From: Alphaproteobacteria bacterium
GTDB taxonomy: Bacteria > Pseudomonadota > Alphaproteobacteria > JAAXGF01
Reading direction: 5' to 3'
Assembly (NCBI GenBank): GCA_963555825.3
Contig: CAUVXB020000001.1
Coordinates: 32,001-96,000, forward strand
Length of the DNA: 64,000 bases
Part shown: piece by piece, positions 1 to 8,102 of the stretch
Numbering within the stretch: position 1 is the first letter of the stretch
How the letters are laid out: each line of letters starts with the position of its first letter
Notes under the pieces: model-generated
Told to the model about the DNA's origin: nothing
Databases searched by the model: none
The model's input: only the letters and a program-made list of their open reading frames with translations
Position numbers and translations under genes: made by a program

Positions 1-925
1 GGTCCAAGGGCGCGACCACCGCCGCGACTTCGTCCGCGATGTCGCGCGTGCCGCGACCGGCGCGTACGGCGCCGTACAGCGTTTCAAGCGCCACGAGTTG
101 GATGTCGATGATGCGCCGTTGCAGATCGCTTGGTTTGCCGGTCAGCACGGTCCGCATCTGCGGCGCCGTATAGCGGTGGAAACAGCCGCCGAATTCGAGT
201 AGAACCGGATCGCCCGCAGAAATGGCGTGGCGCTTGAACGTGGTGTGAAAATAACCTGTTCGGTGCCCGGCATTGACGATCGGGTCGATCGAGAAGAATT
301 CCGATCCCTGCTCTATCATGACCTTGGCGGCCACCGCGGCGACATCGTTCTCGGTTATTCCCGGTTCGACCGCGTCGATGCCGGCGCGCATTCCCGCCGT
401 CGTGATCGTTGCGGATTCGCGCATCCACTCCAGCTCGGCCGGCGACTTCGTTACGCGCACATCGAACATGAGAAAAGTGGCGTCGACGAACTGCACATCG
501 TCGAGTTTCGCCCGCAGGCTGTCCAACAGCTTGGCGTCGAGAGGACCGCGATTGCCCATTTCGATGCGGCCCGCCTGCACACCGATCCGGCTTCGCGCAT
601 GACCGCGCGAAGCCAGCAATTCGGCAAGTTGGCCCGGCACCGCGTCGACGCCGACCCAATCAAACAGCACGAGATCCTCGATGTCGCCGTGCAGCACCGC
701 ACATGAGGCTTCAACTTCGCCAACCTGCATAAACGGTGGTTCGACAAGCGGCACGGCGAGACAGGCATATGCGTCCGGCCACAGGGTCTGATAGCCGGTC
801 AGATAACAAAGGTCGACCGCACTATGCACGAGCAACACGTCAATCTCGCTCGCCGCCATCTTTTCGCGTACGCGCGCCAGCCGTGCGGCGTACTCCTCCG
901 GTGGAAACGATCGTTCCCTGGGCAC
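1..925 (-). CDS. M24 family Xaa-Pro peptidase / creatinase-like hydrolase, running off the window edge
   Basis: Manual translation from GTG 925: FPPEEYAARLARVREKM...DVLLVHSAVDLCYLTGY...VRVTKSPAELEWMRESA...GDPVLLEFGGCFHRYTAPQMRT. Not in the ORF track because it has no stop in the window. Confidence 0.85.
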   Translation of the reverse strand, partial: MPRERSFPPEEYAARLARVREKMAASEIDVLLVHSAVDLCYLTGYQTLWPDAYACLAVPLVEPPFMQVGEVEASCAVLHGDIEDLVLFDWVGVDAVPGQLAELLASRGHARSRIGVQAGRIEMGNRGPLDAKLLDSLRAKLDDVQFVDATFLMFDVRVTKSPAELEWMRESATITTAGMRAGIDAVEPGITENDVAAVAAKVMIEQGSEFFSIDPIVNAGHRTGYFHTTFKRHAISAGDPVLLEFGGCFHRYTAPQMRTVLTGKPSDLQRRIIDIQLVALETLYGAVRAGRGTRDIADEVAAVVAPLD

Positions 926-997
926 GGGCCCGCTCAGGAGAGCTTCGAGATAGTTATCCATCGGCGGCCTCCGAAGCGTTGCGCAGGTGTTTTGTTA

Positions 998-1203
998 TCA
1001 GCCCGGTCGCCGCCGCACCAGACCCTCGCGGTGGATCAGGCGGACGCGGGGCGGGCTCGCCCCGGCCAAGTCGGTGATGTCGACAGTATAGGGGCCGCTC
1101 GACTTTTCGAGCTTCTTGCTGAGCGTTGGTAGCAACTCGGGCGGCAAAGGCGCGGCGGCCTCGATGGCGAGCTCGGTCTCGTTCGACCAGCCGCCGGCGC
1201 GTT
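998..1203 (-). pseudogene. 5'-truncated copy of the nucleotidyltransferase-like gene at 7248-7562
   Basis: Translates WSNETELAIEAAAPLPPELLPTLSKKLEKSSGPYTVDITDLAGASPPRVRLIHREGLVRRRPG*, nearly identical to the 7248-7562 product. Similarity stops at the IS630 end. Confidence 0.8.
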
Positions 1204-1206
1204 CTT

Positions 1207-2385
1207 ATACCAGTGAGCGCCTGAATTGACTCTCGGGATATTCATTGATGGCGGATGATGGCGGATTGTGATTCTATGGTCTCCCACCAGATGTGGGGGA
1301 TGTCATGGGATCAGCACTCAAGATACGGGATGATTTGACGCCTTTGGAGCTTCGGCGCTGGGCTCGCGTGGAATCGTACGGTCGAGCGGCGGCGCGGGCC
1401 TATGGGATCGCGAATGCTTTGGAGGAGATGCCCCGGGCTGATGCCGCGCGGCTTGCGGGGATGGATCGCCAAACGCTTCGCGACGCGGTTGTTCGTTACA
1501 ATGCAAAGGGATTGGAGGGGCTTCACGACCGTCCAAAGGGCTACTCGCCGCGGCGGCTGACGGCAGACGAGGAAGCGGCGCTGGCGGCGGTCATCATCGC
1601 CGGGCCGGAGCCTGAGCGCGACGGGGTTTGCGCCTGGACCCGGGCCGATCTGTGCCGCTGGCTGGAGGAGCGCTTCGCCAAGACCTACCACCCCTCGAGC
1701 ATGACCCGGGTTCTACGGCGGATGGGATTTTCCCGCCAGAAGGCGCGCCCGAGCCACCCGCGAAGGGACGCCGAAGCGCAGGAGCGCTTCAAAAAAGGGG
1801 GCTTCGCGACATCCTGAAGGCGACCGCCGCGGCGCATCCCGACAAGCGCCTACAGCTGTGGTTTCAGGATGAAGCGCGCGTCGGCAACAAGGGCCGGGTG
1901 TGTCACCGGTGGTGGCGCAGGGGCGAGCGTGCCCCCGGGACGCGTCAAATCGGCTACCAGTGGGCCTACATCTTCTCCGCCGTGCGCCCGGACACCGGCG
2001 ACGACGTCACCCTGGTGATGCCGAGCGTCAACGCCAAGGTCATGGACCTGTTTCTCGCACACTTCGCCGATACCCTGGACCAGGATGCGCACGCCGTCAT
2101 GATGTGCGACGGCGCCGGTTGGCACGACGAGCGCGCCCTCACCGTCCCCGACAACGTCACCTTGGCGCTGTTGCCGCCTTACAGTCCCGAACTCAACCCC
2201 GTCGAGCGGGTTTGGCTCTACCTACGCGAACGCTTCCTATCGCTCCGCGTCCTCGACGACACCGAGGCCATCATCGACGCCTGTTGCCAAGCATGGATCG
2301 ACCTCATCGCAGAACCGGATCGTATGCGAACCCTCTGCGCCTATCCATGGATCATGAAGGTGATTTCATAGGCTCACTGGTATTA
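1207..2385 (+). mobile_element. IS630 family insertion sequence
   Basis: Terminal IR ATACCAGTGAGC (1207) / GCTCACTGGTAT (2383) with TA at the ends; encloses an IS630 transposase. Confidence 0.92.
1293..2371 (+). CDS. IS630 transposase (HTH orfA 1293-1817 plus DDE orfB, joined by a -1 frameshift)
   Basis: Slippery AAAAAAGGGG at 1791-1800; DDE motifs WFQDEARVG, CDGAGWH, LPPYSPELNPVERVW. Confidence 0.9.
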
Positions 2386-2443
2386 GATGGCGGCAGGAAT
2401 GTTGCAACAAGAAAGGAGCGAGGCCAGCCTTCTCTTCGGTTAG

Positions 2444-3904
2444 CAGCCCGTTGACGAAGTCGGCACTGGACGCAAGCGGCCTGGTCTGATTCTTTGATGT
2501 TCTGATTTGACCGGAGGATTCGCCGATGGCGATGGGACAGCAGAAGGATCGTCAGGGGGACTTGATGGTGGGCTGGGCGGAGATGCCGCGCTCGCCGGGT
2601 CATGTGTTTTACGACCGCCTGCAGTCGGTGCTGATCGAGGGCGGCTTCGACGCCTTTGCCGAGGCGAGCTGCCGGCCCTATTACGCGGCCAGGATGGGCG
2701 CGCCCTCGGTGCCGCCCGGGCGCTATTTCCGCATGCACCTGGTGGGCTACTTCGAGGGCATCGACTCAGAGCGCGGTCTGGAGTGGCGTTGCTCGGATTC
2801 CCTGTCGCTGCGGGAGTTCCTGCGACTGGGGAGCCGTGAGCGGGTGCCGGACCATTCCTGGCTGTCGAAGACCCGCGCGCGCCTGCCCCATGAAGTCCAC
2901 GCGGCGGTCTTCGACTGGGTTCTGGCCTTGATCGGCGAGGCGGGTCTGGTGAAGGGCGAGCGCATCGGGGTGGATGCCTCGACCATGGAGGCCAACGCGG
3001 CGCTGCGCAACATCGTGCGGCGCGACACGGGTGAAGGCTACCGGGAGATGCTGGAGCACCTGGCCCGGGAGAGCGGCATCGAGACGCCCACGGCCGAGGA
3101 CCTGGCGCGTCTGGACCGCAAGCGCAAGGGCAAGAAGCTTTCCAACGAGGACTGGGTTTCGAAGAGCGACCCCGAGGCCAAGATCGCCAAGATGAAGGAC
3201 GGCACGACGCATCTGGCCTACAAGCCCGAGCACGCGGTGGATCTGGACACCGGCGCGGTGGTGGCCGCCGAGCTGCACCCGGCCGACGAGGGCGACACGA
3301 CGACGCTTCCCAAAACGTTGGAGACGGCCAAGGAGAACCTTGCGAGCGTTGACGCGGCGCCGACGGCAGAGGACCCGGCCGAATGTGTGACCGACAAAGG
3401 CTATCACTCACGGGCGGTCTTGAAGGCCTTGGACAACGGCCCGTGGAAGACCCGGATCGCCGAGCCCAAGCAGAAGGGCTTCGCGCGCTGGCGCGGCGAC
3501 GAGGCGGCGCGGCGCGCGGTCACCAACAACCGGACCCGGCTGTTATCGGGGGTGGCCAAGCAAGCCTTCAAGCTGCGCGCCGAGATCGTCGAGCGCTCCT
3601 TCGCCCACAACCTCGATCGCGGCGGCATGCGCCGGACCTGGCTTCGGGGCCGCGAGAACGTGCACAAGCGATACCTGCTCCACGTCGCCGGCCACAACCT
3701 ATCGTTGCTGATGCGCCAACTCATCGGCGCCGGCACCCCGCGCGAGGCCGTGGCGGGCGGATATGGCGGTATTTTCGTGCTGCTCACGCCCACCGGGGCC
3801 ATGCTGGGCGCACTGGGGGTCTCGCAAAGCGGCCAGACGGTTTTCGCCGCCGCATTCCTCATCTGGGAGTGAGAGCCGGAAAAAGCCACTTAATCAACGG
3901 GCTG
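2444..3904 (+). mobile_element. IS1182-like (IS5/IS1182) insertion sequence
   Basis: IR CAGCCCGTTGA / TCAACGGGCTG; 4-bp TSD TTAG at 2440-2443 and 3905-3908. Confidence 0.9.
2526..3872 (+). CDS. IS1182-family DDE transposase
   Basis: DUF772-like N-terminus (PSVPPGRYFRM..GYFEGIDSER..PDHS), VDASTMEANAA, DKGY, IVERSFAH. Confidence 0.88.
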   Translation: MAMGQQKDRQGDLMVGWAEMPRSPGHVFYDRLQSVLIEGGFDAFAEASCRPYYAARMGAPSVPPGRYFRMHLVGYFEGIDSERGLEWRCSDSLSLREFLRLGSRERVPDHSWLSKTRARLPHEVHAAVFDWVLALIGEAGLVKGERIGVDASTMEANAALRNIVRRDTGEGYREMLEHLARESGIETPTAEDLARLDRKRKGKKLSNEDWVSKSDPEAKIAKMKDGTTHLAYKPEHAVDLDTGAVVAAELHPADEGDTTTLPKTLETAKENLASVDAAPTAEDPAECVTDKGYHSRAVLKALDNGPWKTRIAEPKQKGFARWRGDEAARRAVTNNRTRLLSGVAKQAFKLRAEIVERSFAHNLDRGGMRRTWLRGRENVHKRYLLHVAGHNLSLLMRQLIGAGTPREAVAGGYGGIFVLLTPTGAMLGALGVSQSGQTVFAAAFLIWE

Positions 3905-4384
3905 TTAGAGGCGCCTCGGTGCCTTTCGGCCTACCCGGTGCGGTCGAAGTCGGCCAGTTCAGTGGGGCCACGGGTCCAGAACAACGCTCCTCTAAAATGT
4001 TCAGGAGTTGGTCGGCGCGTCGGTGGGTGCAGGCGGGGGTGCTTCCTCCGCGTATTGCGGTTGATGGAACCGTATACCCGCAAGACCTACCGCAATTAGT
4101 GCACCCGTAGATAGAAGAAAGCATATCCACGCGACACCGTATAAGCCGACGAACGGCCACGCCATGTCGAGAACATGTGAAGAGCTTACCAGTATGACAA
4201 CAGAAATCGCCTCCGCAATAATGATGAACAAACCTTGTCCAAGCGAGCGCAACGGAATCCATATTTTCTTTGCACTGAGCCTTGGGGCTTCATCCCATCG
4301 AATCACTTCCTGCCCGACGAGAGCAGTGAGCCTCGGGCGTATGACGTAGTGTATCGCACCCGGTTCCTTGGACACAAGTTTGTC

Positions 4385-5296
4385 TCATGCGGCGGGCCTG
4401 AGTGACATCGCGGTGTGCCACGCCTGACGAGCTTGAGCGGGGCTCAGGTAGCCGTTCTTCTCCACGATCCACTGGGCATTGTACTGTTCGACGAACCCGC
4501 GGACGGCGTTCCGCAGCTCCGCGATGTTGCGGTAGATGCGGCCATGGATGATCTGTTCCTTGAGCGTGCGATTGAACCTCTCGGCGACGCCGTTGGTCTG
4601 GGGCTGTTCGACGAAGGCGTAGGACGGCTGGATGCCCCAGAACTTGATCTGGTTGGTGAAGTGGTCCGACAGATACTGGGAGCCGTGATCCATCCGCAAG
4701 GCCAGCCCCCGCGCCGCACCGGCGGAGGTCGAGGCATACAGCCTCGCAAGCCCCATGGAGATCGGCTGAAGGGCGGCGAAGCGGTCGCCTCGCTTGCACA
4801 CATGCCAGCCGACGCACTCGGCGTTCCAATGCTCGATGGCGGTGAATATCCAGCCCCAGCCGTCGTCCACCGTGAACACCCGAACGCCGTCCGTGCCCCA
4901 CATGAGGTTGGGGGCATGGGTGATGATCTCACCGACATGGGGATTTCCGCCACGGCGGCGGCAGCGATGGGGCGAGAGCAGGTTGTTCTCGCGCATCACC
5001 CGGAGCCCCCGCTTGCGGGAAACACGGATGCCACGACAGACCCGAAGCCGAGCCCAGACCTTGCGGTGTCCCTCGCCCTCCCAGGGGGATGCCTCCAGGT
5101 CGGCCTCGATGGCCACCAGCAGAGCCTCGTCCGAGATCGAGGGCTTCGGTCCCCGGCGCTTTGCTGGTGGGCGCTCAGCGGTGGCCTGCTGCCGGGATTT
5201 CATGGCGTAGAACGAGGAACGGGCAAAACCCCAGGCCGCACAGACCCGCTGGAGGCCGTAGGCCAAACCCGTGCCGGGAGAGGTGGCGGCACTCAT
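4385..5296 (-). CDS. Integrase-core (rve) DDE transposase orfB
   Basis: PNLMWGTD, RMDHGSQY, PQTNGVAERFNRTLKEQ. Confidence 0.9.
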   Translation of the reverse strand: MSAATSPGTGLAYGLQRVCAAWGFARSSFYAMKSRQQATAERPPAKRRGPKPSISDEALLVAIEADLEASPWEGEGHRKVWARLRVCRGIRVSRKRGLRVMRENNLLSPHRCRRRGGNPHVGEIITHAPNLMWGTDGVRVFTVDDGWGWIFTAIEHWNAECVGWHVCKRGDRFAALQPISMGLARLYASTSAGAARGLALRMDHGSQYLSDHFTNQIKFWGIQPSYAFVEQPQTNGVAERFNRTLKEQIIHGRIYRNIAELRNAVRGFVEQYNAQWIVEKNGYLSPAQARQAWHTAMSLRPAA

Positions 5297-5703
5297 CGCC
5301 GCGACCTCCGCCGCCCCAAAGGGCCGGACGTCTCCGTCTTGGCCTCCAGCAGTTCCACCTGCATGATCAACTCCCCGATCCGCTTCATGGCGATGTCCAG
5401 TTCCGCCTTCACCGGATCGCCCTTGCGTTCCTTGAGCGAGGCATCGATCCCGGCGATCGCCTTCTCACGCCACTGCTCGAGCCGGAAAATCTCCACGCCC
5501 AACTGCCGCGACAAAAGTTCCACCGGCTCGCCACGCAAAAGCCGCAGGGCAACCTCACGCTTGCGCGTCACCGTCCACCGCTGGCCAAGTCCCAGCGGGC
5601 CTGCCGGCGAAACCTGGCCCGGGGAAAACGTGGACGAGCCAAGCTCGCCCTCGTTTACCACAGGCCCATCAACAGCAACTTTGTTCTCAAAATTGTCGGT
5701 CAT
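5293..5703 (-). CDS. Transposase orfA (HTH)
   Basis: RWTVTRKREVALRLLRGEPVELLSRQLGV; ATGA overlap with orfB; GGAGGA RBS. Confidence 0.8.
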   Translation of the reverse strand: MTDNFENKVAVDGPVVNEGELGSSTFSPGQVSPAGPLGLGQRWTVTRKREVALRLLRGEPVELLSRQLGVEIFRLEQWREKAIAGIDASLKERKGDPVKAELDIAMKRIGELIMQVELLEAKTETSGPLGRRRSRR

Positions 5704-6310
5704 GTTCCGGTCCTCCTTGGACACTTCGATTAAGCCAATTCTGTGTCCAAGGAAATCGGGTCCGACTCAGGCGTATGACGTAGTGCACATATTGCGCTAT
5801 TGCTAAAAGGCCTGAAAAGAAACTCCCGATTCTTATAAGTAGGACGGAGTTCAGTACAGCCAAGAATATGAAGAGGATCGTCAGGCTTGGGGAGTCCTGA
5901 ACGGTTTGAATGTAGGCATCGATATCGAACTGACTCTCTGGTCGTAATAGATAACCTGCGATGCCAAACAACGCCGTAAGGTAGATGCCCGACATCCTAT
6001 CGATGCGCTGCGAGTAATGATCGACCTCATCCCGAAGGGCCTGAAATTCTGCGAGATGAATTTGGACTTCTCTTTCGGAATCCATCGCCTAAATCTGCAA
6101 ATGAGTGCGCCCGCCTTCAAAGTGACGGCGACAATTTCTGGCGTCCATTCAAAACTCAACCTAAACCCGCGATAAGCCCGTGTCTGCCTTATTTCATCCT
6201 GCGGTTACAGATCGGGCGCCCACTGGCAAGTACTGGCTAGGTCCAGCGTTACCCCTTGTACGACGATATTGATAACGCACGAAAAGTCCGAAATTCGCCT
6301 TCGCCGATCG

Positions 6311-7051
6311 TTACCCTTTCCAAAAATTGTTTCTAGACAGTCTCGGTTCTACCAGCGTTTGCCCATCATTGACCACGCTCATTACACCGCCTCCGAGTTT
6401 CAAGTCTATCATCAGCATGAGTGCGGGCAGGTCCGCATATTGGATAAATGCGCCGTGTCGCGCCTTTTCCGGTGTCTGTCCAAGGGCGCCGTGAAGAGCA
6501 ACGCCCCAATTCTCGCTGAACCCGCTGCTTGAGTTCGAGCCTCGGGAAACCGGCGTAATCCGCACATACTGGAATCCCTTCAGGACCGCGACGCGACGAT
6601 TCATCGAGTGACTTAGGACCTTGCCCGCAATATCCTCTGTCGGAAATGCCCTTCGATAGGCATTACGGTAGCGAGTATAGCCCACATGGACCCATACCTG
6701 CATTCGGCGGTGGAGGACTGCAGACCCCTCCATTTCCCAGATAGGCAAGCTGGCGTCAATGGGCGGCGGCTCCTTGGTCCGAACCAGGAACGCCTTGTTG
6801 GGCGTGCCCTTCGCCAAAATTTTCACAATTTCGCCGATGTAGATCGTGATCGATTCCTCATTGAGAGCGGCGATCGGCACATGCACGCATTCCGGCAAAA
6901 CGTAGCGCCGGAACGCAATATCTCGGGCGACATGATCAATATCGAACGTCAAATCAATTATGGGGGGAGTGCGCGGGAACTGAGATATCGGCGCCGTCTG
7001 AAATTGTAGGGCGGTCGTGACGATTCGGCGAGGGTGCCGACAACGGCTCAC
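6311..7051 (-). CDS. Hypothetical protein (start uncertain)
   Basis: 246-codon ORF with protein-like composition in lower-GC DNA; no family recognised. Confidence 0.5.
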   Translation of the reverse strand: MSRCRHPRRIVTTALQFQTAPISQFPRTPPIIDLTFDIDHVARDIAFRRYVLPECVHVPIAALNEESITIYIGEIVKILAKGTPNKAFLVRTKEPPPIDASLPIWEMEGSAVLHRRMQVWVHVGYTRYRNAYRRAFPTEDIAGKVLSHSMNRRVAVLKGFQYVRITPVSRGSNSSSGFSENWGVALHGALGQTPEKARHGAFIQYADLPALMLMIDLKLGGGVMSVVNDGQTLVEPRLSRNNFWKG

Positions 7052-7054
7052 GTT

Positions 7055-7234
7055 TCACCATTGCAGCATGCGGTCGTTGGGGATGTCGCTGAACAGCAGC
7101 GTCCGCGTGTCGGCGAACCAGACCGGCCCTTCGGCCCAGCGCATGCCGGTGTAGAGCGTTTCGAGCGTCGCGCCCGGCACCAGCAGTTCGGCGAAGCGCT
7201 CATCGATGATCTCGACGGTGTTGTCCTGTGCCAC
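7055..7234 (-). pseudogene. N-terminal fragment of an SMP-30/gluconolactonase family protein
   Basis: VAQDNTVEIIDERFAELL..LETLYTGMRWAEGPVWF..LLFSDIPNDRMLQW*; only 59 aa of a ~300-aa family, ending at the accessory-region boundary. Confidence 0.8.
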
Positions 7235-7247
7235 GTCGTTGCTCCGT

Positions 7248-7562
7248 TCAGTCTTCCCCGGGCCGCCGCCACACCAATCCTTCGCGGTGGATCAGGCGGA
7301 CGCGGCGCGGGCTCGCCACAGCCATGTCGGTGATGTCGACGGTATAGGGCCCACTCGACTTCTCGAGTTTCTTGTAGAGCGCGGGCAGCAGCTCGGCCGG
7401 CAGGGGCGCGGCGGCCTCGATGGCGAGTTCGATTTCGTTCGACCAGCGACCGGCGCCGCGCGCGTGGGCGTCGCAGAGATAGACCGTGGCGTCGATACCG
7501 TCGAGCGCGGCCAGCACGGTCGCGCGGATGCGGCCGAGGTGGCGGTCGCTCGAGACCGACAC
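7248..7562 (-). CDS. Minimal nucleotidyltransferase (MNT)-like protein with degenerate catalytic motif
   Basis: VYLCDAHARGAGRWSNEIELAI aligns with the VYLFGSxARG...SDIDLAI consensus; PYTVDITD; IHREG at the C-terminus. Confidence 0.65.
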   Translation of the reverse strand: MSVSSDRHLGRIRATVLAALDGIDATVYLCDAHARGAGRWSNEIELAIEAAAPLPAELLPALYKKLEKSSGPYTVDITDMAVASPRRVRLIHREGLVWRRPGED

Positions 7563-7568
7563 GGGTTA

Positions 7569-8102
7569 GCCCGGCGTTCTCACTATGGACAGGCGCGTCA
7601 TCGCGTCGGGCGGAGCCGAGCCACCAGGAGAAGGCCGCCGAGCGTGGCCCGGGCCACGGTCAAGGTCTTCGACGCCGCGGGCGGCCCGCCCGGCGCGACC
7701 CGAAGGGCGGCGGATCTCGGACGACAGGCCGCGTCAAAGCGCTTGCCCGATGCGCGAGTACTCACTTGCACGATGCCACGGTACGTAGGACGGCCTTGCG
7801 TGGTCGTCCGGCAAGGCGCCCGGCGCGCCGTGATGCTGGGCGCATCGCAAGCGCCGGGCAACGCCGCCGGCGGCCGCGCAAGGCCGCCCTGCGGGTCGCG
7901 TTTCCCGCCCCCTCGGGGCGTCGGGAACGCTCTGCGATGCCAAGGCATCGCCGTCACGCCCCCGGCTGCCGAGGAAACGGGAAACGCGATCCTACGTGCC
8001 GTGGAATCGTGCAAGGGAGTACTGGCATCGCGCGGCGCCCTTTTCCTAGCCTGTCGGCCGATATCCGCCGTGCCGCACCTGTCCATAGTGAGAACTCCGG
8101 GC
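7569..8102 (-). repeat. 534-bp MITE-like palindromic element, copy 1
   Basis: 25-bp terminal IR GCCCGG(C/A)GTTCTCACTATGGACAGG; flanked by TTA/TTA, one of which is the uvrA stop; near-identical to 51124-51658. Confidence 0.92.

Larger units (their letters stand above)
4350..5769 (-). mobile_element. IS481/IS3-like insertion sequence with 14-bp target duplication
   Basis: IR TGTATCGCACCCGGTTCCTTGGACAC / GTGTCCAAGGAAATCGGGTCCGACTCA; GGCGTATGACGTAG at 4336-4349 and 5770-5783. Confidence 0.88.
4001..6085 (-). pseudogene. Multi-pass membrane protein (216 aa when rejoined), split by an IS
   Basis: Joining 6085-5770 to 4335-4001 restores ...AQYVHYVIRPRLTALVGQ...; HYVIR is duplicated by the TSD; about four hydrophobic segments. 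Confidence 0.8.
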
